Shown here: in pieces, positions 40,072-48,153 of the stretch
Layout of the letters: each line of letters begins with the position of its first letter
Numbering within the stretch: position 1 is the stretch's first letter
Source of the DNA: Bacteroidia bacterium
GTDB taxonomy: Bacteria; Bacteroidota; Bacteroidia; AKYH767-A; 2013-40CM-41-45
Assembly: GCA_038230515.1 (NCBI GenBank)
Contig: JBBRND010000004.1
Location: forward strand, 125,192-189,191
Direction: 5' to 3'
Length of the DNA stretch: 64,000 bases
Translations under genes and position numbers: made by a program
The notes under the pieces: model-generated
Databases searched by the model: none
What the model was told of the DNA's origin: nothing
The model's input: the letters and a program-made list of their open reading frames with translations, nothing else

Positions 40072-40671
40072 ATGAAAAAGGCAATTCTAAAAAATCTCTC
40101 TTTCCTAGTGTTACTTGCAGCGCTTGGTATTTCAACAACGAGCAAAGGAAACGATCCTGCGTTTGACAAGGGCTCTAATACGATTGGTATTTCCATTGGC
40201 TTAGGCAGACCTTACGATTATGATTTTCTTGCACCTGCTTTCGCAGTTAGTTTCGACCATGGTTTTTTTGGCCATGTTGGTCCTGGTACAATTGGTATTG
40301 GGGGAATTGTTGGTTTGAAAATGAGCTATGATAGATTAGGGGAATTTGATCGCAGTTTGACAAGCATTATTATTTGTGCAAGAGGCGCTTATCATCTTAC
40401 GATTCTAAAAGATAAAAATAATAAGTTTGATCCTTACGCTGGAATTTGCTTGGGTTTAAGAATAAATCATTATTCTGACCCTTACTATGATAACTATTAT
40501 GGTGCCCATCACTCTTATCCTTATTCAAATTCTCACCATGGTGCTGATCCGATTATTGGCCCTTTTGTTGGAGCGAAGTATAATTTTACACCTTACTTCG
40601 GAGCATTTGTAGAAGTGGCATATGATTTTTCTAATTTGAGAGGAGGTCTCAATTTCAACTTCGGGAAATAA
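40072..40671 (+). CDS. Outer-membrane beta-barrel protein
   Basis: Signal peptide, alternating beta strands, DPYAG, terminal GLNFNF. Confidence 0.75.
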   Translation: MKKAILKNLSFLVLLAALGISTTSKGNDPAFDKGSNTIGISIGLGRPYDYDFLAPAFAVSFDHGFFGHVGPGTIGIGGIVGLKMSYDRLGEFDRSLTSIIICARGAYHLTILKDKNNKFDPYAGICLGLRINHYSDPYYDNYYGAHHSYPYSNSHHGADPIIGPFVGAKYNFTPYFGAFVEVAYDFSNLRGGLNFNFGK

Positions 40672-40695
40672 AAATCAGAAGAAAAACTATTCAAT

Positions 40696-40725
40696 AAAAC
40701 CCCCGGCAAGTTGTTGGGGGTTTTT
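40696..40725. terminator. Bidirectional intrinsic terminator
   Basis: AAAACCCCCGGCAA-G-TTGTTGGGGGTTTTT between convergent genes. Confidence 0.75.
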
Positions 40726-40815
40726 AATGCAGAATGAAAAGTCGGATTTTTTGCTAAACTGAAAAGTTGAATTGCCTTGCTAAAACCTGATAGAACTAGC
40801 CAGAGAATTTTAGTG

Positions 40816-41715
40816 CTACTTCTTCGCCATTGCTTCGCTCTTCACCACTTCAATCTCATATATCAACGTGGAAAAAGGCGGGATGAAATACGTGAATGTA
40901 TTTGGTTTTTTTATCCCTTCACTTCCGTAAGCAAGCGAAGATGGAATAATGAGTGTTGCTTTATCTCCCTCGTGAAGTTTTTGAATAGCCCAATCCCATG
41001 TCTTCATCACTTCCTTGCGACCGGCAGTAAATGAGTAGGGCTTCGGAGATTTTACATTGCTGTCGAACACGGCACCGTTTAAAAAATACCCGGAATAAAT
41101 TACCGAAACCCTTGTGCCGGCTGTTATGAGTTTTCCTTTTCCGGCAGTGGTTATGTTGAGGTAATATCCTTCCGGCTGTTTTTCAGCAGGGATATTTTTT
41201 TCTTTCATGTATTCTTCGAGCGCCTTTTTTTCTGCCTGTTCCTGTTTACTTTCATTCATGGCAATTTCCATTTCAGCTTCCCGGGAGGATTGCACGCGTT
41301 CGAGCGAAACATCAAACTTTAACACGCTACCTTTCTCAGGACGGTTTTTAAGAGGGTCGTTCGCTTCCTTGCTGATTACTTTTTCGAACATGGAGTCCGC
41401 GGAAATAAAAAATGTGGCGCTGTCGCCTTCGCCAATACAGGCAATTCCTTCTTCGAAGCTGCCGATAAATTTTGGAGCCGGCAATGCAAAGCGCAATGGC
41501 TTACCGAACTTGCGAGAATCGAAAAGCACAGAGTTTTTATTGTCACTGTAAACCATATTTACCGTTACCCAATCGCCTGTGTTCGGTTTTTTGCCGTTAG
41601 CTTCACGATAGACACGGTATTTCATTCCCGATTTTGTTTTCAACTCTTTTCCTTTTTGGCAAGAAAAGAAAACGAAAACAAATGCAGAGAGAAAAATGAT
41701 ACTGAAGTATTTCAT
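40816..41715 (-). CDS. FKBP-type peptidyl-prolyl isomerase, two domains, lipoprotein
   Basis: FFSC lipobox, LFDS, FEEGI, Y.GYFLNG.VFDSN, IIPSSLAYG, IPPFSTLIYEIE. Confidence 0.9.
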   Translation of the reverse strand: MKYFSIIFLSAFVFVFFSCQKGKELKTKSGMKYRVYREANGKKPNTGDWVTVNMVYSDNKNSVLFDSRKFGKPLRFALPAPKFIGSFEEGIACIGEGDSATFFISADSMFEKVISKEANDPLKNRPEKGSVLKFDVSLERVQSSREAEMEIAMNESKQEQAEKKALEEYMKEKNIPAEKQPEGYYLNITTAGKGKLITAGTRVSVIYSGYFLNGAVFDSNVKSPKPYSFTAGRKEVMKTWDWAIQKLHEGDKATLIIPSSLAYGSEGIKKPNTFTYFIPPFSTLIYEIEVVKSEAMAKK

Positions 41716-41718
41716 TTT

Positions 41719-42249
41719 TTATTTTGTTGGTATTTCTGTTTTCAGGAGATGCACATCGTAGTACAACGGAACGCCTGCAGGAATTTTTGTTTCGTCACTG
41801 GTGATGCCATGCGTGAGGTGAGAGGGAATTACAAACCGTGCGTGCGCGCCCTCAGTCATAAGCATCAAACCCTCTTCAAGCCCTAACGTTTGTGCTCCGG
41901 TGCCGGGAACAAATTTTTCAGGACGCTGTTCGTCTGCATCGTAAATTAATTTCGCATCGAGAAGAAAAACTTTGTAGGAAATAGTGAGGATGCATTTTGA
42001 AACCGGCTGCTTCCCGTTTCCCTGCCCGTAAACTTCATAGCGCAAGCCGGTGCCTGTCATCTGCATTTTCCATTCGTGCCTTGCAATGAATTCCTGAATT
42101 TCTTTCGCTTCGTCATGAACAAGAATTTTATTTGCATTCACCAAATGCTCTTGCAGCTCGGCATCCGATTTTTTTTCTTCAGGGTAATGGCGCTGGCAAC
42201 CGTATTCAACAAAAAGAAGAAGGCAGGAGAAAATAAAAAAATTTTTCAT
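41719..42249 (-). CDS. FKBP-type peptidyl-prolyl isomerase (GldI-like lipoprotein)
   Basis: TGLRYE, GLEEGL, VIPSHL..G, IP..PLYYDV. Confidence 0.8.
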   Translation of the reverse strand: MKNFFIFSCLLLFVEYGCQRHYPEEKKSDAELQEHLVNANKILVHDEAKEIQEFIARHEWKMQMTGTGLRYEVYGQGNGKQPVSKCILTISYKVFLLDAKLIYDADEQRPEKFVPGTGAQTLGLEEGLMLMTEGAHARFVIPSHLTHGITSDETKIPAGVPLYYDVHLLKTEIPTK

Positions 42250-42255
42250 CTCTTG

Positions 42256-43278
42256 CTACACCAGTTGCGCTTTATACTCCGGCAATAGTTGAATAAACTT
42301 CTGAATGGTTTCTTCCAACGTAAGATTTGATTTTCCACCTGCTGCATTCTTGTGCCCTCCACCTTCAAAATGTTTTTGAGAAAGTTGGTTGGCAGGGAAA
42401 TCGTCCTTAGAGCGGAAAGAAATTTTTATCAACCCATCGCGATCAGAGAAAAATGCAGCGAGTTTCACGTTGTTAATGCTGAGTGCATAATTCACGATGC
42501 CTTCTGTATCTCCCGTTTCAAAATGATACTTGTTTAATTCTTCCTCGCTGAGAGAAATGTAGGCAGTGTTAAATTCGCGGAGCACAACCAACTTATCATT
42601 CAGGCAATGCCCAAGCAAACGCAAGCGGTCTTCTGTGTTTGTATCATACACCAACTCATGAATTTTGTAATTCACTGCTCCGGCTTCCATTAGTTTGGCA
42701 ACAGTGCGGTGCGTGTCGGCTTTCATGCTTGCAAAGCGGAACGATGCGGTGTCCGTCATGATGCCGGTGTACAAACACTCGGCAACATTTTTATTCAGCA
42801 GCGGACGATCGTCCATGGCAATCATAAATTCGTAAATCAATTCTGATGTTGCGCATGAATCAGGAAATGAATACGAATGATCAAAAGAATTTTCCGGATT
42901 GAGATGATGATCTATCAAAACTTTTACAGCTTTTGATTCACGAACGCTCTTCTCCATTTTCTCAACGCGCCTCATGTCATTAAAGTCAAGACAAAAAATT
43001 AGTTCTGCTTCGCTGATGAGCTGATCCGATTTTGCAACTGCCGCTTCGTAATTGATGACAACATCATTGCCCTGCATCCATTTCAGAAACGCAGGATAAT
43101 CACTCGGCACAATTACATTCACATCATGATTTTTCTGAATTAAATAATTGTAAAGCCCTAGCGAAGAACCAATGGCATCGCCATCAGGACGGTGATGTGT
43201 GGTAATCACAATCTTTTTCTTTTCACGCAAAAGAATTTTTATGGGAGCAATGAGCTTGACTTGAAAACGTGGATCCAT
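42256..43278 (-). CDS. nrnA: DHH/DHHA1 phosphoesterase (NrnA-like oligoribonuclease)
   Basis: HHRPDGDAIGS, IDHH, GIMTDT, SFRS, GGGHKNAAG. Confidence 0.9.
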   Translation of the reverse strand: MDPRFQVKLIAPIKILLREKKKIVITTHHRPDGDAIGSSLGLYNYLIQKNHDVNVIVPSDYPAFLKWMQGNDVVINYEAAVAKSDQLISEAELIFCLDFNDMRRVEKMEKSVRESKAVKVLIDHHLNPENSFDHSYSFPDSCATSELIYEFMIAMDDRPLLNKNVAECLYTGIMTDTASFRFASMKADTHRTVAKLMEAGAVNYKIHELVYDTNTEDRLRLLGHCLNDKLVVLREFNTAYISLSEEELNKYHFETGDTEGIVNYALSINNVKLAAFFSDRDGLIKISFRSKDDFPANQLSQKHFEGGGHKNAAGGKSNLTLEETIQKFIQLLPEYKAQLV

Positions 43279-43515
43279 TGGGGCGTAAAAGTAACTGAAT
43301 TCTTATTCTGGAAAAGAGATTTGGGTGATTAGGAAATGAATCAGTTTGAACAAAAATAATTGGTCATCTACGAATACGAACAGGATCGAATATACGAATG
43401 AATGCAGATTCATAAATTAATAAAGATTCGTTGATGAAACAGCTAAAACCAAACCGAGTCACAACCAATTAACTTAATCAACTAAATTACTACTTTCGCC
43501 ACCCGAAATAAAATT

Positions 43516-43932
43516 ATGTCGAACAAAACATTTACAATGATAAAGCCCGATGGCATTGCCAACGGACATGCAGGTGCCATACTTGATAAAATAATTAAAG
43601 CAGGTTTCCGGATTGCTGCGATGAAATACCTTCAGCTTACTCCGGAACGTGCAGGGCAGTTTTATGCCGTTCATAAAGAGCGCCCGTTTTACAACGACCT
43701 GGCGAAGTACATGAGTTCAGGCGCCATCATTGCCGCTGTTCTTGAAAAAGCAAATGCTGTGGAAGATTTCCGCACGCTTATCGGAGCTACCGATCCGGCT
43801 AAGGCAGCGCCCGGAACCATTCGCAATCTTTTTGCAAAAAGCATTGATGCAAACGCTGTACATGGAAGCGACAGCGATGCGAATGCAGACATTGAAGCAA
43901 ATTTTTTCTTCTCCCGGTTTGAGAGGTTTTAA
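43516..43932 (+). CDS. ndk: Nucleoside-diphosphate kinase
   Basis: [28 protein letters not shown]. Confidence 0.98.
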   Translation: MSNKTFTMIKPDGIANGHAGAILDKIIKAGFRIAAMKYLQLTPERAGQFYAVHKERPFYNDLAKYMSSGAIIAAVLEKANAVEDFRTLIGATDPAKAAPGTIRNLFAKSIDANAVHGSDSDANADIEANFFFSRFERF

Positions 43933-43947
43933 CCACTCACTGCTTTT

Positions 43948-44304
43948 CTAAATCTTCGGAATCAGTTTCATAATTTTTGTTTTTTGCTGGCGGGCTACCG
44001 GCAGTGTGCTGCCGTCTTTCAGGACAAGGTAACCGCCATTTCCGCGCGTATATTTTTTTATAAAGTCCGGATTTACGAGGTAAGAATGATGGGTGCGTAT
44101 AAAATGATGAGCTACCAGGAACTCTTCAAATTGTATAAGCTTGCGTGTCACAAAAATATTTTTTCCTCCGGTGATGTACACACTCGCATAATTACCGTCC
44201 GCTTTGCAATACATAATCTGGCTTACGTTCAGAAATTCAAACCCGTCAGCCACCGGAACGGCAATGGCATCAGGAAAATGTTTGTTGGTTTTTTTTGGTT
44301 TCAT
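43948..44304 (-). CDS. Stand-alone LytTR DNA-binding domain protein
   Basis: IMYCKADGNY, FIRTHHSYLVN, LPVAR. No receiver domain. ATG at 44304. Confidence 0.85.
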   Translation of the reverse strand: MKPKKTNKHFPDAIAVPVADGFEFLNVSQIMYCKADGNYASVYITGGKNIFVTRKLIQFEEFLVAHHFIRTHHSYLVNPDFIKKYTRGNGGYLVLKDGSTLPVARQQKTKIMKLIPKI

Positions 44305-44565
44305 TACTGAGATGGATTTAATTGATTGGATTATTTTTTTCAAAAAAAATAAAACTGCATCAATCAATAAAAATATTTTGGCGAGTGTACGTTTTCAATA
44401 GGCGGACAACTGCATTAAATATACTACCAACCGTACATCCGTTTCGACATGCTGCATACTTTCGGTATGCATGCGCAAAGCGTGCATATACTTTTGGCGG
44501 CATATTTTAATTGTGACAACTGAAAAATGAAACGCAGCAGAACTTTACTGAAAAATATTCAAGCA

Positions 44566-44722
44566 CCCGGGAGGTTTGTTGAAGCGTTCCACAAGCTTAT
44601 GGAAGGTTTCCACAGGTTTGTGGAAGGGTTCCACAAGCGTATAGAATGGTTCCATAAGCTTATGGAGAGTTCCAATAACCTTATGGAAGGGTTCCACAAG
44701 CTTGTGGAAAGTTTCCATAAGC
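44566..44722. repeat. Tandem array C: ~7 x 21-bp palindromic units
   Basis: Consensus TTCCACAAGCTTGTGGAA + 3 nt. Units at 44587, 44608, 44629, 44650, 44671, 44692, partial at 44713 and degenerate at 44566. Confidence 0.95.
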
Positions 44723-44760
44723 ACCAAAACACTGTTATTACATCAAAAATCAATAATATC

Positions 44761-44830
44761 TCCCCGAACCCCTGCCCCTAAAGGGGAAAACCTGCGCGCA
44801 GTTCCCTTTAGGGAGAAATGGGGAGCGCGG
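44761..44830. repeat. REP-like palindromic element, copy 1
   Basis: ACCCCTGCCCCTAAAGGGGAAAACCTGCGCGCAGTTCCCTTTAGGGAG. Confidence 0.85.
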
Positions 44831-44894
44831 GCAAATCATCACTTAAAATGTAAATTAAACAGTTAATAAATTAAACAATTAAACCCAACCAAAA

Positions 44895-45584
44895 ATGGCA
44901 ACATTTATTGAAAACCCTGACGAGTCTTTTGCATCGCAACTCGACACCTTCTGTTTAAAAATTGACACCTATGCGGCAGTGCTTGCCCTTGATGCAGCCA
45001 AGGTAACGCAGATTAAAAAAGACAATCTTTTTTACAAGTACACCTTTGCAGGCGCTGATGCGTTCAAAACATTTTCGCAGAACATGATCGGCTATAAGGA
45101 TTTGCTTCGCAGAGGTCATCTTGATGAAGTGCTTCCTGCATTTCCGGCAACGCCTGTGCTTGCAGCAGCACCTACGCTGGTGCCTGCCAATGTGCAAAAG
45201 CGTTTTGCCGATCTCATTCAGGACTGCGTGCGCAGCAACAACTACACCACCAGCATTGGCGAGGACTTAGGCATTCAAAAACCCGAAAGTCCTTTTGTAC
45301 CTAATGATGGTAAACCGAAATTTAAAATTGAATTCAGCAGTGGCGGGCATCCGAACCTGATCTGGACAAAAGGAAAATTTCAGGGCGTTGAAATATGGAA
45401 AGATGACGGAGCAGGATGGAAAAAATTAGACCGCGATTTCAACCCCGACTACATTGACAAAACCGATTTGCCCCTGGTAGGCACCAGCAAAGTTTGGAAA
45501 TATAAAATGATCTACATCTACAAAGATGAAATTGTAGGAGCGTGGAGCGTGGAAATTTCTATAACAGTATATGGAAATGTGTAA
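44895..45584 (+). CDS. Uncharacterised 229-aa cytoplasmic protein (helical N-terminus, beta-rich Ig/FnIII-like C-terminus)
   Basis: Long ORF with an A-rich Bacteroidota-type initiation region and no signal peptide. Motifs NYTTSIGEDLGI, W.K...GVEIW, P.YID, W.YK.IY, G.WS. Confidence 0.85.
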   Translation: MATFIENPDESFASQLDTFCLKIDTYAAVLALDAAKVTQIKKDNLFYKYTFAGADAFKTFSQNMIGYKDLLRRGHLDEVLPAFPATPVLAAAPTLVPANVQKRFADLIQDCVRSNNYTTSIGEDLGIQKPESPFVPNDGKPKFKIEFSSGGHPNLIWTKGKFQGVEIWKDDGAGWKKLDRDFNPDYIDKTDLPLVGTSKVWKYKMIYIYKDEIVGAWSVEISITVYGNV

Positions 45585-45591
45585 CGGAATA

Positions 45592-45663
45592 CCTCGCCCG
45601 CACCCCTGCCGGTGAAGGGGAAATCTGCGCGCAGCCCCCTTTAGGGGATGGGGTGTGCGCAGG
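45592..45663. repeat. REP-like palindromic element, copy 2
   Basis: ACCCCTGCCGGTGAAGGGGAAATCTGCGCGCAGCCCCCTTTAGGGG, in direct orientation to copy 1. Confidence 0.85.
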
Positions 45664-45688
45664 AAATTTGAAAGATAACCCCCCAATG

Positions 45689-45720
45689 AAAAACCGTTTC
45701 GTGAGAAGCGGTTTTTTTTT
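45689..45720 (+). terminator. Intrinsic terminator after the 229-aa gene
   Basis: AAAAACCGTTTC-GTGA-GAAGCGG-T9. Confidence 0.8.
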
Positions 45721-45767
45721 GTGAGCAGAAATGGGTTACATTTGGTGAACGAATTATTTTTTTTGAT

Positions 45768-47837
45768 GTGATGAAAAAAGTTTTACTCGGAGTTTTTATT
45801 TTTTCTTTTTGGTTGCAAAATTCTTTTGCGCAAGCGGGAGAGTGGACATGGATGCATGGAGACAGCGTCACTAATCAACCCGGCAATTTTGGAATACAGG
45901 GACTACCAAGCCCTTCGAATATACCACCCTGCTTGTATGAACCTTGCGAATGGACTGACCTGAACGGAAACTTCTGGTTGTATGGCGGAGCAGATGGAGT
46001 CAGCAATCAGTACGCTGATCTTTGGAAATATAATCCTGCAGCCAATGAATGGACGTGGATGAAAGGTCCTGGGACAACGGGCTATCCGGGCAACTTTGGA
46101 ATTATGGGTGTTCCATCTGCTGTGAATAATCCTGATTGCCGTTCGCATGGAATTATTTCGTGGGTTGACAACCAAAATAATCTCTGGATGTTTGGCGGTG
46201 TTCAATTCAGTTTGGGAGATTACAACAATCTTTGGAAATATGACATCGCCACCAATGAATGGACTTGGATGCAAGGTCCGGCTCTTCCCGGTCAGCCGTC
46301 TGTTTACGGAACCAAGGGTGTGCCTGATATTTCAAACCGTCCTTCATGCCGTGCAGAAACATCTGCCTCATGGACTGACGGTGCCGATGACCTTTGGCTT
46401 TTTGGCGGACAGGGAATTTCGATGAGTACCGATTTCATGAATGACTTATGGCGTTTCAATATTGCATCCAATACATGGACATGGATGAATGGTGATTCCA
46501 CATATCAGCTTCCTGTATATGGCGTGCGTGGAGTGGCTAACAGTACCAATAATCCCGGTTCGCGCTGGTCATATTCACATTGGAAAGACAATGCCGGAAA
46601 CTTCTGGCTGTTCGGTGGCAACAGGGATTGGCTTGTAACGGATTATCGCAATGACATGTGGAGGTATTCTCCCTTTACAAATGAATGGACATGGATGGGC
46701 GGAGATACAATACCTAATTCGCCCGGTACGTATGGAACGCTTTGTACTTTTGCTTCTGCAAATGTTCCGAGAAGCCGCTTTGAAAACCGCGCTTGCTGGA
46801 CAGACCCCAATGGTAACCTCTGGATGTTCGGAGGAATGGCTGTTTACCTGAATGACTTATGGATGTACTGTGTTTCTACAAATCAATGGGCATGGATAAA
46901 CGGTGACAATTCCTGGAGCGGAACCGGAAGCTGGGGCAATTTAGGTGTTTCAAGTCCTTCTAATAAACCTGACGGAAGAGCCGGGTCAGCGGGATGGACA
47001 GACGGTAACAATCATCTTTATTTATTCGGAGGAATAGGGAACCCGGGACGTTACAACGATTTATGGAAATATACTATTGATACTTCCTGTACACTTTGTT
47101 ACTCACCGGTTCAAGCTCTCTTTACAGCAGCCAATCAAATTTGCCCCGGTGCCTGCGTAGATTTTTTTAATCTCTCTTTTAGTGCCACAAGCTATCAATG
47201 GAATTTCCCCGGAGCCACACCCGATACAAGCACAGCCACCAACCCAACAAACATTTGCTATGCAAACCCCGGTAGCTACTATGTGCAACTCATAGCTGCC
47301 AATGCAACTGGCAGCGATACACTTTTACTTAGCAATTACATTACTGTTTATCCTTCGCCAGCACCACAAGGAATTTCGCAAAGCGGAGATACTCTCTTTG
47401 CAAATGCAGGAGCAGCAACTTATCAATGGTACTTCAACACTACTATTATTAACGGAGCAACAGAATCTTTTTATTTAGCACCAGCGATGGGAGATTACAA
47501 TGTAGTATGTACAGATGCGAACGGCTGCGAGGTGGAGGCGGCAGTGTTTAATGTAATAGCAGCAAGCCCCACCCAACCTCCCCAAAGGGGAGGAGTTGAA
47601 ATCCATCCTAACCCTGTTGGCGATATGTTAGTAGTCACTGGTTCGTTGTTAGTTGGAGCACCCATTGAGATTACAATTTACAATATGCTTGGCGAAAAGG
47701 TATTGGCTATTTCTCCTCTCTCCTTTGGAGAGGGGCAAGGGGGAGAGGCCGATGTTTCCGTGTTGACTTCCGCCATGTACTACCTGGAAGTAAAGTCTAA
47801 CAATAAAATTTTCAGAACTAAATTTGTGAAGCAGTAA
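45768..47837 (+). CDS. T9SS-secreted Kelch-like beta-propeller protein with PKD domain
   Basis: Signal peptide; about 7 repeats WTWM.G...WTD..GN.WLFGG...NDLWKY; PKD segment; IHPNP...KFVKQ CTD. Confidence 0.88.
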   Translation: MMKKVLLGVFIFSFWLQNSFAQAGEWTWMHGDSVTNQPGNFGIQGLPSPSNIPPCLYEPCEWTDLNGNFWLYGGADGVSNQYADLWKYNPAANEWTWMKGPGTTGYPGNFGIMGVPSAVNNPDCRSHGIISWVDNQNNLWMFGGVQFSLGDYNNLWKYDIATNEWTWMQGPALPGQPSVYGTKGVPDISNRPSCRAETSASWTDGADDLWLFGGQGISMSTDFMNDLWRFNIASNTWTWMNGDSTYQLPVYGVRGVANSTNNPGSRWSYSHWKDNAGNFWLFGGNRDWLVTDYRNDMWRYSPFTNEWTWMGGDTIPNSPGTYGTLCTFASANVPRSRFENRACWTDPNGNLWMFGGMAVYLNDLWMYCVSTNQWAWINGDNSWSGTGSWGNLGVSSPSNKPDGRAGSAGWTDGNNHLYLFGGIGNPGRYNDLWKYTIDTSCTLCYSPVQALFTAANQICPGACVDFFNLSFSATSYQWNFPGATPDTSTATNPTNICYANPGSYYVQLIAANATGSDTLLLSNYITVYPSPAPQGISQSGDTLFANAGAATYQWYFNTTIINGATESFYLAPAMGDYNVVCTDANGCEVEAAVFNVIAASPTQPPQRGGVEIHPNPVGDMLVVTGSLLVGAPIEITIYNMLGEKVLAISPLSFGEGQGGEADVSVLTSAMYYLEVKSNNKIFRTKFVKQ

Positions 47838-47849
47838 TTCTTCCTCCGT

Positions 47850-48143
47850 TTAAGAAAACACAATCTCGTTCACAATCTCCATTCCTGCTTCTTCGTTTAA
47901 AAGTTGTTTTATTTTTTCGCGTTCATTAAAAAGTTCTTCGCGCAGCGAAGCAGAGCTGAGATAAACAAAAAGTTTTTTGTCGCGGAAAATAAGCTCGGTG
48001 GTGCGATGTGCCACGGCAAGCCCCATAATAGTCTCCCACGAAGTAACTATTTTCTTCTGCCGGAATTTATGATCAAGCCGAAACGTTTGCAGCATTTCCT
48101 GCAAAGCATCTTTCAGAGATTGGTCGTTGTATTTGCGTTGCAT
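47850..48143 (-). CDS. DUF721 / DciA family protein
   Basis: W..IMG..VA..T, L.V...SA.LR.EL. Downstream of recF. Confidence 0.85.
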   Translation of the reverse strand: MQRKYNDQSLKDALQEMLQTFRLDHKFRQKKIVTSWETIMGLAVAHRTTELIFRDKKLFVYLSSASLREELFNEREKIKQLLNEEAGMEIVNEIVFS

Positions 48144-48153
48144 TGATACTATT

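Noticed and set aside
45830-47080. Repeats AATGAATGGACATGGATG, considered as possible DGR template/variable regions
   Set aside because: These are coding Kelch-like blades. No reverse transcriptase is present and no adenine-specific pairwise differences were evident.
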